DNA of 64,000 nt, from assembly GCF_006345805.1 (NCBI RefSeq), contig NC_043025.1, positions 15,872,001-15,936,000 on the forward strand, read 5' to 3'. Both the position numbers and the translations under genes were made by a program. Shown one piece after another: positions 1 to 13,694 of this stretch (position 1 is the stretch's first letter; the number at the start of each line of letters is the position of its first letter). This DNA is from Octopus sinensis (lineage: Eukaryota). Under the pieces are notes generated by a model. That model was not told where the DNA came from, did no database searches, and worked only from the letters and a program-made list of their open reading frames with translations.

Positions 1-3000
1 TTGAGATAATAAGGTATTATTTGAGATAATAAGGTATTATTTGAGATAATAAGGTATTATTTGAGATAGTAAGGTATTATCTGAGATAATAAGGTATTAT
101 TTGAGATAGTAAGGTATTATTTGAGATAGTAAGGTATTATTTGAGATAGTAAGGTATTATCTGAGATAATAAGGTATTATTGAGATAGTAAGGTATTATT
201 TGAGATAGTAAGGTATTATTTGAGATAGTAAGGTATTATTTGAGATAGTAAGGTATTATTTGAGATAATAAGGTATTATTTGAGATAGTAAGGTATTATT
301 TGAGATAATAAGGTATTATTTGAGATAATAAGGTATTATTTGAGATAGTAAGGTATTATTTGAGATAGTAAGGTATTAATTGAGATAGTAAGGTATTATT
401 TGAGATAGTAAGGTATTATTTGAGATAGTAAGGTATTATTGAGATAATAAGGTATTATTTGAGATAGTAAGGTATTATTTGAGATAGTAAGGTATTATTT
501 GAGATAATAAGGTATTATTTGAGATAGTAAGGTATTATTTGAGATAGTAGGTATTATTTGAGATAATAAGGTATTATTTGAGATAATAAGGTATTATTTG
601 AGATAGTAAGGTATTATTTGAGATAGTAAGGTATTATTTGAGATAATAAGGTATTATTGAGATAGTAAGGTATTATTTGAGATAGTAAGGTATTTTTGAG
701 ATAATAAGGTATTATTTGAGATAGTAGGTATTATTTGAGATAGTAAGGTATTATTTGAGATAATAAGGTATTATTGATGAGTAGTAAGGTATTATTTGAG
801 ATAGTAATGTATTATTTGAGATAATAAGGTATTATTTGAGATAGTAAGGTATTATTTGAGATAGTAAGGTATATTTGAGATAATAAGGATTATTTGAGAT
901 AGTAAGGTATTATTGGAGATAGTAAGGTATTATTTGAGATAATAAGGTATTATTTGAGATATAGTAAGGTATTATTTGAGATAGTAAGGTATTATTTGAG
1001 ATAATAAGGTATTATTTGAGATAGTAAGGTATATTTGAGATAGTAAGGTATTATTTGAGATAATAAGGTATTATTTGAGATAGTAAGGTATTATTTGAGA
1101 TAGTAAGGTATTATTTGAGATAATAAGGTATATTTGAGATAGTAAGGTATTATTTGAGATAGTAAGGTATTATTTGAGATAGTAAGGTATTATTTGAGAT
1201 AGTAAGGTATTATTTGAGATAATAAGGTATTATTTGAGATAGTAAGGTATTATTTGAGATAATAAGGTATTATTTGAGATAATAAGGTATTATTTGAGAT
1301 AATAAGGTATTATTTGAGATAGTAAGGTATTATTTGAGAGAGTAAGGTATTATTTGAGATAGTAAGGTATTATTTGAGATAATAAGGTATTATTTGAGAT
1401 AGTAAGGTATTATTTGAGATACTAAGGTATTATTTGAGATAATAAGGTATTATTTGAGATAGTAAGGTCTATTTGAGATAGTAAGGTATTATTTGAGATA
1501 ATAAGGTATTATTTGAGATAGTAAGGTATTATTTGAGAGTAAGGTATTATTTGAGATAATAAGGTATTATTTGAGATAATAAGGTATTATTGAGATAGTA
1601 AGGTATTATTTGAGATAGTAAGGTATTATTTGAGATAGTAAGGTATTATTTGAGATAGTAAGGTATTATTGAGATAGTAAGGTATTATTTGAGATAATAA
1701 GGTATTATTTGAGATAGTAAGGTATTATTTGAGATAGTAAGGTATATTTGAGATAATAAGGTATTATTTGAGATAGTAAGGTATTATTTGAGATAGTAAT
1801 GTATTATTTGAGATAATAAGGTATTATTTGAGATAGTAAGGTATTATTTGAGATAGTAAGGTATTATTTGAGATAATAAAGTATTATTTGAGATAATAAG
1901 GTATTATTTGAGATAGTAAGGTATATTTGAGATAATAAGGTATTATTTGAGATAGTAAGGTATATTTGAGATAGTAATGTATTATTTGAGATAATAAGGT
2001 ATTATTTGAGAGTAAGGTATTATTTGAGATAGTAAGGTATTATTTGAGATAATCGGTATTATTTGAGATGGTAAGGTATATTTGAGATAGTAAGGTATTA
2101 TTGAGATAATAAGGTATTATTTGAGATAGTAAGGTATTATTTGAGATAGTAAGGTATTATTGAGATAATAAGGTATTATTTGAGATAGTAAGGTATTATT
2201 TGAGATAGTAAGGTATTATTTGAGATAATAAGGTATTATTTGAGATAGTAAGGTATTATTTGAGATAGTAAGGTATTATTTGAGATAATAAGGTATTATT
2301 TGAGATAGTAAGGTATTATTTGAGATAGTAAGGTATTATTTGAGATAGTAAGGTATTATTTGAGATAGTAAGGTATTATTTGAGATAGTAAGGTATTATT
2401 TGAGATAATAAGGTATTATTTGAGATAATAAGGTATTATTTGAGATAATAAGGTATTATTTGAGATAGTAAGGTATTATTTGAGATAGTAAGGTATTATT
2501 TGAGATAGTAAGGTATTATTTGAGATAATAAGGTATTATTTGAGATAGTAAGGTATTATTGAGATACTAAGGTATTATTTGAGATAATAAGGTATTATTT
2601 GTGATAGTAAGGTATTATTTGAGATAGTAAGGTATTATTTGAGATAATAAGTATTATTTGAGATAGTAAGGTATTATTTGAGATACTAAGGTATTATTTG
2701 AGATATAAGGTATTATTTGAGATAGTAAGGTATTATTTGAGATAGTAAGTATTATTTGAGATAGTAAGTTATTATTTGAGATAGTAAGTATTATTTGAGA
2801 TAGTAAGGTATTATTTGAGATAGTAAGGTATTATTTGAGATAGTAAGTATTATTTGAGATAGTAAGGTATTATTTGAGATAATAGGTATTATTTGAGATA
2901 GTAAGGTATTATTTGAGATAGTAAGGTATTATTTGAGATAATAAGGTATTATTTGAGATAGTAAGGTATTATTTGAGATAGTAAGGTATTATTTGAGATA

Positions 3001-6000
3001 ATAAGGTATTATTTGAGATAGTAAGGTATTATTGAGATAATAAGGTATTATTTGAGATAATAAGGTATTATTGAGATAGTAAGGTATTATTTGAGATAGT
3101 AAGGTATTATTTGAGATAGTAAGGTATTATTTGAGATAGTAAGGTATTATTTGAGATAGTAAGGTATTATTTGAGATAATAAGGTATTATTTGAGATAGT
3201 AAGGTATTTTTGAATAGTAAGGTATTATTTGAGATAATAAGGTATTATTTGAGACAGTAAGGTATTATTTGAGATAGTAATGTATTATTTGAGATAATAA
3301 GGTATATATTTGAGATAGTAAGGTATTATTTGAGATAGTAAGGTATTATTTGAGATAATAAGGTATTATTTTAGATAATAAGGTATTATTTGAGATAGTA
3401 AGGTATTATTTGAGATAATAAGGTATTATTTGAGATAGTAAGGTATTATTTGAGATAGTAATGTATTATTGAGATAATCGGTATTATTTGAGATAGTAAG
3501 GTATTATTTGAGATTGTAAGGTATTATTTGAGAGAATAAGGTATTATTTGAGATAGTAAGGTATATTTGAGATAGTAAGGTATTATTTGAGATAATAAGG
3601 TATTATTTGAGATAGTAAGGTATATTTGAGATAGTAAGGTATATTTGAGATAATAAGTATATTTTGAGATAGTAAGGTATTATTGAGATAGTAAGGTAAT
3701 ATTTGAGATAATAAGGTATTATTTGAGATAGTAAGGTATTATTTGAGATAGTAAGGTATTATTTGAGATAATAAGGTATTATTTGAGATAGTAAGGTATT
3801 ATTTGAGGTAGTAAGGTATTATTGAGATAGTAAGGTATTATTTGAGAGATAGTAGGTATTATTTGAGATAATAAGGTATTATTTGAGATAGTTAGGTATT
3901 ATTTGAGATAATAAGGTATTATTTGAGATAATAAGGTATTATTTGAGATAATAAGGTATTATTTGAGATAGTAAGGTATTATTTGAGATAGTAAGGTATT
4001 ATTTGAGATAGTAGGTATTATTTGAGATAATAAGTATTATTTGAGATAGTAAGGTATTATTTGAGATAATAAGGTATTATTTGAGATAATAAGGTATTCT
4101 TTGAGATAATAAGGTATTATTTGAGATAGTAAGGTATTATTTGAGATAGTAAGGTATTATTTGAGATAGTAAGTATTATTTGAGATAATAGGTATTATTT
4201 GAGATAGTAAGGTATTATTTGAGATACTAAGGTATTATTTGAGATAATAAGGTATTATTTGAGATAGTAGGTATATTTGAGATAGTAAGGTATTATTTGA
4301 ATAATAAGGTATTATTTGAGATAGTAAGGTATTATTTGAGATACTAAGGTATTATTTAAGATAATAAGGTATTATTTGAGATAGTAAGGTATTATTTGAG
4401 ATAGTAAGGTATTATTTGAGATATAAGGTATTATTTGAGATAATAAGGTATTATTAGATAGTAAGGTATTATTTGAGATAGTAAGGTATTATTTGAGATA
4501 ATAAGGTATTATTTGAGATAGTAAGGTATTATTTGAGATACTAAGGTATTATTTGAGATAATAAGGTATTATTTGAGATAGTAAGGTATTATTTGAGATA
4601 GTAAGGTATTATTCGAGATAATAAGGTATTATTTGAGATAGTAAGGTATTATTTGAGATAGTAAGGTATTATTTGAGATAATAAGGTATTATTTGAGATA
4701 GTAAGGTATTATTTGAGATAATAACGTATTATTTGAGATAATAAGCTATTATTTGAGATAGTAAGGTATTATTTGAGATAGTAAGGTATTATTTGAGATA
4801 GTAAGGTATTATTTGAGATAGTAAGGTATTATTTGAGATAGTAAGGTATTATTTGAGATAGTAAGGTATTATTTGAGATAATAAGGTATTATTTGAGATA
4901 GTAAGGTATTATTTGAGATAGTAAGGTATTATTTGAGATATAAGGTATTATTGAGATAGTAAGGTATTATTTGAGATAGTAAGGTATTATTTGAGATAAT
5001 AAGGTATTATTGAGATAGTAAGGTATTATTTGAGATAATAAGGTATTATTTTAGATAATAAGGTATTATTTGAGATAGTAAGGTATTATTTGAGATAATA
5101 AGGTATTATTTGAGATAGTAAGGTATTATTTGAGATAGTAAGGTATTATTTGAGATAATAAGGTATTATTTGAGATAGTAAGGTATTATTTGAGATAGTA
5201 AGGTATTATTGAGATAATAAGGTATTATTTGAGATAGTAAGGTATTATTTGAGATACTAGGTATTATTTGAGATAATAAGGTATTATTTGAGATAGTAAG
5301 GTATTATTTGAGATAGTAAGGTATTATTTGATAATAAGGTATTATTTGAGATAGTAAGGTATATTTGAGATAGTAAGGTATTATTTGAGATAATAGGTAT
5401 TATTTGAGATAGTAAGGTATTATTTGAGATAATAACGTATTATTTGAGATAATAAGCTATTATTTGAGATAGTAAGTATTATTGTGAGATAGTAAGGTAT
5501 TATTTGAGATAGTAAGGTATTATTTGAGATAGTAAGGTATTATTTGAGATAGTAAGGTATTATTTGAGATAGTAAGGTATTATTTGAGATAATAAGGTAT
5601 TATTTGAGATAGTAAGGTATTATTTGAGATAGTATTATTTGAGATAGTAAGGTATTATTTGAGATATAAGGTATTATTTGAGATAATAAGGTATTATTTG
5701 AGATAATAAGGTATTATTTGAGATAATAAGGTATTATTTGAGATAGTAAGGTATTATTTGAGATAGTAAGGTATTATTTGAGATAGTAAGGTATTATTTG
5801 AGATAGTAAGGTATTATTTGAGATAATAAGGTATTATTTGAGATAGTAAGGTATTATTTGAGATAGTAAGGTATTATTTGAGATAATAAGGTATTATTTG
5901 AGATAGTAAGGTATTATTTGAGATAGTAAGGTATTATTTGAGATAGTAAGGTATTATTTGAGATAGTAAGGTATTATTTGAGATAATAAGGTATTATTTG

Positions 6001-6975
6001 AGATAGTAAGGTATTATTTGAGATAGTAAGGTATTATTTGAGATAATAAGGTATTATTTGAGATAGTAAGGTATTATTTGAGATAGTAAGGTATTATTTG
6101 AGATAATAAGGTATTATTTGAGATAGTAAGGTATTATTTGAGATAATAAGGTATTATTTTAGATAATAAGGTATTATTTGAGATAGTAAGGTATTATTTG
6201 AGATAGTAAGGTATTATTTGAGATAATAAGGTATTATTTGAGATAGTAAGGTATTATTTGAGATAGTAAGGTATTATTTGAGATAATAAGGTATTATTTG
6301 AGATAGTAAGGTATTATTTGAGATAATAAGGTATTATTTGAGATAATAAGGTATTATTTGAGATAGTAAGGTATTATTTGAGATAGTAAGGTATTATTTG
6401 AGATAATAAGGTATTATTTGAGATAGTAAGGTATTATTGAGATAGTAAGGTATTATTTGAGATAGTAAGGTATCATTTGAGATAGTAAGGTATTATTTGA
6501 GATAGTAAGGTATCATTTGAGATAGTAAGGTATTATTTGAGATAGTAAGGTATTATTTGAGATAATAAGGTATTATTTGAGATAATAAGGTATTATTTGA
6601 GAGATAGTAAGGTATTATTTGAGATAGTAAGGTATTATTTGAGATAGTAAGGTATTATTTGAGATAGTAAGGTCTTATTTGAGATAGTAAGGTATTATTT
6701 GAGATAATAAGGTACTATTGAGAATAAGGTATTATTTGAGATAATAAGGTATTATTTGAGATAGCAAGTATATTATGAGATAGTAAGGTATTATTTGAGA
6801 TAGTAAGGTATTATTTGAGATAGTAAGGTATTATTTGAGATAATAAGGTATCATTTGAGATAGTAAGGTATTATTTGAGATAGTAAGGTATATTTGAGAT
6901 AGTAAGGTATTATTTGAGATAGTAATGTATTATTGAGATAATAAGGTATTATTTGAGATAATAAGGTATTATTTG
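1..6975. repeat. 20-bp tandem satellite TTGAGATA(A/G)TAAGGTATTAT, ~350 copies, open at left edge
   Basis: Uninterrupted 20-bp periodicity with one frequent A/G variant and sporadic 1-bp indels. Confidence 0.99.
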
Positions 6976-7416
6976 CAGCTATTTCTAAGTGGTCAAACTA
7001 CAATGTAAAAGCATTCACTGTTGGATCTCTCTTCATATTTGTATTTGACTTGCAAGATTCATAAAGTGTATCTTTTTTTTTTGGTGGATTTCTAAAAAGA
7101 AACACACCCATTAATACTAGTTAATTTAATTGTTTATTCAACTACTTAATCAATTAACTTAACTGCTTGATCAATCAATTAATCGGCTAATTGTTTAGAA
7201 TCTCTTTGTCATGCTCCCATTACTCCAGACCTGGCTCAGTCCTTCCTTTATATTCAGAAATCTATTACAGAAAATTAAACCTCCTTGTAATCTACTACTT
7301 TTTATTGTATTTTATCTTTTTTATTATTTTATTATATTATATTTCATCCTTTCTAACCTCTCCTGCTAACAGTGTTCTGCTGTTGTCTTACTGTAGAAAT
7401 ATATATTTATATATAT

Positions 7417-7622
7417 AGTTAATCCAAACAAGAAAACACAAAAAAACACAACAACGCGAGGATGTGGAACAAATATAGTATTATTGGACGCTCAGGAAAG
7501 AAGGGAAGAAGGAGGGTTTAACGTTTCGAGCGGAGCTCTTCGTCGGAAACATAGGAGAAGGAAAGATCCTGAGAAAGGAAGACAGAGGGAAAAAAATCGC
7601 CAACGGTACACACGAGGTCACA
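7417..7622 (-). mobile_element. Penelope-like pseudo-LTR fragment
   Basis: Lies between TA tracts, carries a minimal hammerhead motif, and resembles 13410-13620, 40805-40920 and 46776-46985. Confidence 0.6.
7516..7550 (-). ncRNA. minimal type I hammerhead-like motif (U4C variant)
   Basis: GUUU-CCGACGA-A-GAGC ucc GCUC-GAAA-CG-UU-AAAC: stem I GUUU/AAAC, stem II GAGC/GCUC, palindromic ACGU stem III. Confidence 0.65.
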
Positions 7623-7630
7623 TATATATA

Positions 7631-7674
<44 letters not shown>

Positions 7675-7677
7675 TAT

Positions 7678-8105
7678 ATCATCATCATCATCATCATCAT
7701 CATTTAACGTCCGCTTTCCATGCTAGCATGGGTGGATGGTTCAACTGGGGTCTGGGGAGCCCGAAGGCTGCAGCAGGCCAGTCAGATCTGGCAGTGTTTC
7801 TACAGCTGGATGCCCTTCCTAATGCCAACCACTCCGAGAGTGTAGTGGGTGATTTTATGTGCTACCGACACAGGTGCCAGACGAGGCTGGCGAACGGCCA
7901 CGCTCGGATGGTGTTTTTTATGTGCCACCGACACAGGTGCCAGATGAGGCTGGCGAACGGCCACGATCGAATGGTGTTTGTTACGTGCCCACAGCAAGGA
8001 GGCCAGTCGATGCGGTACTGTCTACGGCCACGTTCGGATGGTTTTCTTGTGTGCCACCGCACTGGTACCACAAAGATACAAATTCCATTGATGTTCATCT
8101 ATTTT
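7678..8105 (-). mobile_element. RTE LINE 3' UTR/tail fragment
   Basis: Same sequence as the tail that follows the RT ORFs at 19360-19870 and 43560-44048; ends in (GAT)n. Confidence 0.85.
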
Positions 8106-8258
8106 TAGAGACAAAACCATTATTATGCAAATCATTTGCATAATAGTGGTTTTGTCTCTAATTTAATATAATATAATATTTTACTATAAAATTGGATTCA
8201 ATCCTAAATCTGATTTTTCCCTGTAAGTTTGGATTTATTCCCTAATATTTATTATATA

Positions 8259-8777
8259 TCTATATATATAAAACTGTGGTTGTGTGAGTGTCTGTCCCCT
8301 TCGATTAGATTCCTAACTCCTCCCACATTTTGCGGTGCAGTTTAACCAAATTCGGGTATCTTATAGTCGGGATTCATATCGAGCCCGTCTGAGTATTAGC
8401 GCGCGTCTACGATGAGTCTACGATGAGTCTACGATTTAAAAAATAATTTAACATCATTTTTTATTCCATTTTAATGCATATTTTTTGTGTGTCGATGGTG
8501 GCGGAGTTGGAGTCCATGGTCACACCTGCACCTGTTTGCTTCTCCCCCTTCTTCCTCCCTCGTGAAGCTGTGGTGAAGGGAGTGTAAGGAAATCAACGTC
8601 GTAAAGCGTTGTCAGGAGACCAGCGTTCTTTTAGAACAACGACTTCATGGCTTGAAGACACCAAACAGAAATGGCTAAGAAAGCCTGAATTGACATCTAT
8701 AAGGGAAGTAACTCTCTAAAAATGCTTATATAGTTATTTCCCTTACAAACCCGAGCAACGCCGGGCGATACTGCTAG
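8259..8777 (+). mobile_element. non-autonomous Helitron
   Basis: 5' TC(TA)nAAA, 3' GC-rich hairpin CCCG..CGGG (8750-8765) followed by CTAG, inserted between A and T with no TSD. Confidence 0.8.
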
Positions 8778-8804
8778 TTATATATATATATATATATATA
8801 TATG

Positions 8805-9385
8805 TCTCGGTAGTCAAGATAAAACTCTGAGTTTCAGATGCCGAAGTGGAAATCCACAACACCATCTCTTTGGTTATCTGGCTATTTGAAAACGTTATGA
8901 AAAAATACCGTTAAAAATAAAGGAAATTACTCTGTTATAACTCTGCTTTGCCTGCGTACTTAAACATCGCTCGCATTTTTCGTCATAAAAATTATATAAA
9001 AATACATAAAAATATATAAAAATATATAAAAAATATATAAATTCTTCTTGGGACATAACACAGAAAGCATGTTCTATCTGTTATCTTTAGGGGACCAAAA
9101 ACGTAACAGAAATTTAGTCACATGTGGGCATGATCCGAAAAGCTCTGTCCTTGTATTTAGACATGTGGTAGGGTCTAAGCTGCTTTTCCAGATAAGCCAT
9201 CTCTCCATGTCGCATAAACCCGCAACCTTCCGCTGCCGTTAGTATAGGGCTTACATCTGGCCAAAATCTTCCATTGTATGTTATAATCGACCCCTTTATC
9301 TCTAAAGACCAAATATGATTGGATAATTGTGTCGCTTTTCTTTTGTTCCAGTGCCTAAAGCTCAAAGTGTGGTTACCGTTTTATC
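8805..9385 (-). mobile_element. Penelope-like element 3' end: frameshifted GIY-YIG endonuclease C-terminus plus pLTR
   Basis: Minus-strand translation across frameshifts gives SFRH..ATQLSNHIWSL/RDKGVDYNIQWKILARCKPY../CGLCDMERWLI..CLNTRTELFGSCPH, typical of the PLE endonuclease C-terminus; a hammerhead-like motif lies downstream. Confidence 0.8.
8817..8879 (-). ncRNA. decayed hammerhead-like motif in Penelope pLTR
   Basis: AGAUAA-CCAAAGA-GAUG..CAUC-U-GAAA-CUCAGAG-UU-UUAUCU; core is mutated relative to the 45146-45208 copy. Confidence 0.55.
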
Positions 9386-9415
9386 AATATATATATATAT
9401 GTATATACAGTAGTG

Positions 9416-9670
9416 AAGGCTTAGTGGTTGGAGTAATTGGTTTACAATCATTAGATCGTGAGTTCAATTCCCTGCGGCACGTTGTGTCCTTGAGCAAGAC
9501 ACTTCACTTCATGATGCTCCAGTCCACTCAGCTGGCAAAAATGAGTTGTACCTGTAATCCAAATGTCTGATCTTGTCACATTCTGTGTCAGACTGAATCT
9601 CCCTGAGAACTACATTAAGGGCACATGTGTCTGTGGAGTACTCAGCCACTTGCGTGTTAAATTCATGAGA
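9416..9670 (+). mobile_element. tRNA-derived CORE-like SINE, decayed
   Basis: B box GAGTTCAATTCC, then TGTGTCCTTGAGCAAGACACTT; homologous to 10205-10540. Confidence 0.7.
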
Positions 9671-10204
9671 ACGCTATTCTCCAGATGTTGAGTTTGACAG
9701 TGGAGATGACAAAGGATTGAGATGACTGGTGATTTGCTGTGCCCGAGAAGACCTCTCCATCTCAGCATAAATGAGAGCCCAAAATCAAATCCCTTATGCC
9801 TATAGCCTCAGCACCCAATCCGTCCTAAACCTGTCTCTTCCCTACAACACATCTAAATACCCACTCTAACATCACTCTTCTGACTAGAGCAAAACAGAAC
9901 ATATTTCATCCTCCACCATTTTGTGCTCCCACTCACCCTCCCCGACACCATTTACTCTGTTTCTTGCATCCTCAATATCATCTCTTACTTACCATTATAT
10001 TTTCTGTTAAATGCCCCTTTCACTTCCAGTCTTCTCCTTCACACCCTCTCATTCCATCAATGGCAGCCCCCACTACTGATGTTCATCTCCCTCTATTTCC
10101 ACCCCTTTCTACCTCTGACCTTGTCTCTGGCACCTACCATCTCTCACCTACCACCCACAATCCACATCCATTTATGCTGCTACTTATCCCAAGCCTTAGG
10201 TGAA

Positions 10205-10540
10205 GGCGCATGGCTCAGCGGTTAGAGCGTTGAGCTTACGATCGTGAGGTTGTGAGCTCGAATCCCGGACCGGGCTGCGTGTTGTGTTCTTGAGCAAGGA
10301 ACTTTATTTCACGTTGCTCCAGTTCACTCAGCTGTAGAAATGAGTTGCAACGTCACTGGTGCCAAGCTGTATCGACCTTTGTCTTTCCCTTGGACAACAT
10401 CGGTGACGTGGAGAGGGAAGGCCGGTATGCATGGGTGACTGCTGGTCTTCCGTAAACAACCTTGCCCGGACTTGTGTCTAGGAGGGTAACTTTCTAGGTG
10501 CAATCCCATGGTCATTCATGACCGAAGGGGGTCTTTATCT
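10205..10540 (+). mobile_element. tRNA-derived CORE-like SINE
   Basis: A box TGGCTCAGCGG, B-like GCTCGAATCC, central TTCTTGAGCAAGG motif. Confidence 0.8.
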
Positions 10541-11199
10541 TTACCTTATCCCAATCCTATTTCCTCCATTTTTTCTCCTCCACCACTGACAGTCACCACT
10601 GACCACACCTCTGCTCGTCATTCACTGCATTTTCCTCTGTCCCCATCTCCATTCATGCTCTTGCAAACCCAATCACCCTGTTTAATCCTCTGGACCACTT
10701 TCCTGTTCCCCATTCCTGTAACTTAAACATACACCTTGACACCTCTTCACAATCTTCTCTCCTTTACTAACAGCAAAACACTTATTTCTCTCTCTCTCTA
10801 TCATACCTTAACTTCTTATTACGGGACAGAAATCCACCTCCCTCAATACTATACCCACCCACCCTCAGTTCAGAGGACTTGTCTTGTGAGTTATTTAGTG
10901 ACGTCACTTGAACAGGGTCCATGTGAAAAGCAGCCAGTATGCATAAGGAAAGGCTTCCAGTCACAGAAACCATGCCACAAAGCAGACATCGGAACATAGC
11001 ACAGTCCTTTGGCTCATCAACACCTATCAAACTGACCAACCAATGCTGGCATAGGAAACTGTTATATGATGTTGATGATGATGATACACACACAAATATA
11101 TTTACATTTATGTATGTGTGTGTGTGTGTGTGTGCATGTATGTATATAAAAGCACATATATATGCACATATATATACATGCACACACACATATAAAATG

Positions 11200-11565
11200 T
11201 GTGCTTTCCAACCAGGTTCAGTCCCACTGTGTGGCACCTTGGGTAGGTGTCTTCTACTATTGCCTTGGGGTGATCAAAACTTTGTGAGTGGATTTGGGAG
11301 AAAGAAACTGAAAGAAGCCCATCCTAAATATATGTATATATCTACGTGTGTGTGTGTGTGTGTGCGTGTGTGTTTCTGTTTGCATTTGTCCCTCATCATC
11401 ACTTGACAACCATTGTTAGTTTGTTTAACCTAACAGTTTGGAAAAAAGAGACTAATAAAATGAGTACTACACTTAGAAAAAATAAGCACTGAGTTGATTT
11501 TTTTGACTAAACTATTCAAAGCAGTGCCCCAGCATGGTCACAATCCAATGACTAAAACAAGTAAG
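11200..11565 (+). mobile_element. tRNA-derived SINE with internal microsatellite, decayed
   Basis: Homologous to the full copy at 44553-44947. Confidence 0.75.
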
Positions 11566-11626
11566 ATATATATATATATATATATATATGAATAATAAAT
11601 GGAGTTTAACGCAGGTGTAAATCAAA

Positions 11627-11723
11627 TATTTTTACTTTCGACACATGTTTCGAAAATTCCACTGATACTATTCAAAAGAATAAATGGTATAAACAATGCA
11701 ATCTTCTCTTCAAGGTAAAAATA
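11627..11723 (-). ncRNA. hammerhead-like motif (C3U) with long stem II
   Basis: UAUUUUUACC-UUGAAGA-GAAGAUU..AAUUUUC-GAAA-CAUGU-GUC-G(AAA)GUAAAAAUA. Confidence 0.55.
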
Positions 11724-11736
11724 CACTCGTCTATTT

Positions 11737-11767
<31 letters not shown>

Positions 11768-11990
11768 AATTTATATATGAGGATAATGTCGATATTTAAA
11801 ATAATTCCTTATTATATTCACTGCGGTGTTTATTTTAACCATATCGTGCTTATGGGGTGTTTTATGGGGTGAGCAATTTAACTGGCCGTGTGCATACGTA
11901 CATATGTATGTATGTATGTATGGACGTTCGTATATGTAAGTATATCGTTTGTTCTGCATATATATATCTGTCTTTATGTACCCTTGATAT

Positions 11991-12049
11991 ATTCAATTGA
12001 TGACGGTAAAGCTTATTTAAAGCAAAACCAGAAATCCTGGATCTTGAAT
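11991..12049 (+). ncRNA. hammerhead-like motif (C3U)
   Basis: AUUCAA-UUGAUGA-C-GGU..ACC-A-GAAA-UCCUGGA-UC-UUGAAU: 6-bp stem I, quasi-palindromic stem III, AUC triplet. Confidence 0.6.
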
Positions 12050-12551
12050 TATTCAATAACTTTTGCTTGTCTATTTTGTCCCTCTGTCTTATCTCATGGT
12101 ACGATATGAACATTTAACGTGGATTTTATAGTCAGAATTTCGACTGCTATTTCAGCATGGTGGTGTCTCTCAGACACCCTCATTTTTAATTATATATATA
12201 TTATATATAAATTATATATAAAAAATACAAAATGGGACAAGAACGCAAAAAACACAAAGAACAGACGGGTCATTCGAAGCCTCTAATCTTCAGTCAGGAA
12301 CCGGATTGTCCTAGCAAATTTCGGCTGATTAATCCTGATATCGCTCAGATCCAGCCAGCCCCAAGGAAAAACTGAGCTGCGAGCATTAGATTTCTTGGAA
12401 AAAGGATCGAATGTATATATACATATATCAATCATGTGTGTATAAATGTAAACAAACAAATATTTGTTTTTTTATTTGAAGCATTGAAATGTGTATTATA
12501 TGATACAAATAAGATGATGATATTTTTTTAACACAAGAGTTGCCATAACAA

Positions 12552-12930
12552 TAGAAGAAATACTGGGTGAATTAAGCTTACAAGGTAGAAAAATTTGTCA
12601 ACAACCAGCCATGGGACCCAAACCCTTATCCCTCAAAGACTCCAGCTGAGTGCTTTACCATTAAGCTAAACTGCCCACTGACAAATTCATCTGATGAATT
12701 AGACACTAAATACTTTAGCTTTATAGAACAACCACGTGTATAAAAGTAAACAAATATTTCAATACTTCTTGGAAAAAAAGTTTGTTTACATTTATTTATC
12801 AACAAGCAGTTTAGCTTAGTGGTAAAGCCCTCATTTGGAGTCTTTGAGGGATAAGGGTTCGAGTCCCATGGCTGGTTGTTGACAAATTTTTGTGCCTTGT
12901 AAGGGGAATTTACCCTGTATTTCTGCTGTT
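12552..12930. mobile_element. inverted-repeat element with tRNA-like arms
   Basis: Arms of ~124 bp (12552-12675 and 12806-12930) are reverse complements; right arm has TAGCTTAGTGG and GGTTCGAGTCC boxes. Confidence 0.7.
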
Positions 12931-12999
12931 CTAACAGCAACTCTGCATTAAAATAAAATCATTTTATTTGTGTGTGTATATATATATACAAGCGATCAA

Positions 13000-13385
13000 T
13001 GGAAATTGCAGATGTGTTACCAGTGCCGGTGGCATGTAAGAGAACCTTCCGTTTCACGACCGTTGCCAGTGCCGCCCCGACTGGCCTCGTGCCACCATCC
13101 GTGCGTGTCCGTTGCCAGCCTCGCCTGGCTCTCGTGCCGGTGGCACATAAAAAGCACCATCCGTTCGTGGCCGTTTGCCAGCTCTGTCTGGCACCTGTGC
13201 GGGTGGCACGTAAAAAGCACCCACTACACTCACGGAGTGGTTGGCGTTAGGAAGGGCATCCAGCCGTAGAAACACTGCCAGATTTGACTGGGCCTGATGA
13301 AGCCTTCTGGCTTCACAGATCTCAGTAGAACCGTCCAACCCATGCTAGCATGGAAAGCGGACGCTAAACGATGATGATGATGATA
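13000..13385 (+). mobile_element. RTE 3' tail fragment
   Basis: Three GTGCCGGTGGCAC-type units, terminal domain and (GAT)n. Confidence 0.85.
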
Positions 13386-13490
13386 TATACTCACACACAT
13401 ATCTGATATTTACAGAAAGCAAAAGATGAAGACAGGTGTAGGAACAACAAGCAGGTGTATTAGTTTAATGCTCAGGAAGAATGGGAAAGT

Positions 13491-13526
13491 CTTTTGTGTT
13501 TCAAGCATATGCTCTTCATCAGAAAG
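13491..13526 (-). ncRNA. minimal hammerhead-like motif, stem III decayed
   Basis: CUUU-CUGAUGA-A-GAGC auau GCUU-GAAA-CACA-AAAG; canonical CUGAUGA but cleavage triplet lost. Confidence 0.55.
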
Positions 13527-13694
13527 GATTAAGAGGGAAAAAATGGAGAGAGAATGAAAGGGAAAAAAAGAGATAGAGGCAAGTATGCGGCTAAACAAAT
13601 ATATTAAATATAGTAAATAGATCAAATACAAAATGTCTACATGCAAAAATGAGAGAAAGCAAAAGGTGGAAGGTTTTAGATGATGAATTTCTAT

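Noticed and set aside
1-6975. Telomeric repeat or CRISPR
   Set aside because: The 20-bp unit is not TTAGGG-like and has no spacers
10205-10280. tRNA gene
   Set aside because: Continues into a SINE body; it is a tRNA-derived head only
12260-12300. CTGAAGA motif on the minus strand in a pLTR-like fragment
   Set aside because: No GAAA core and no stem I
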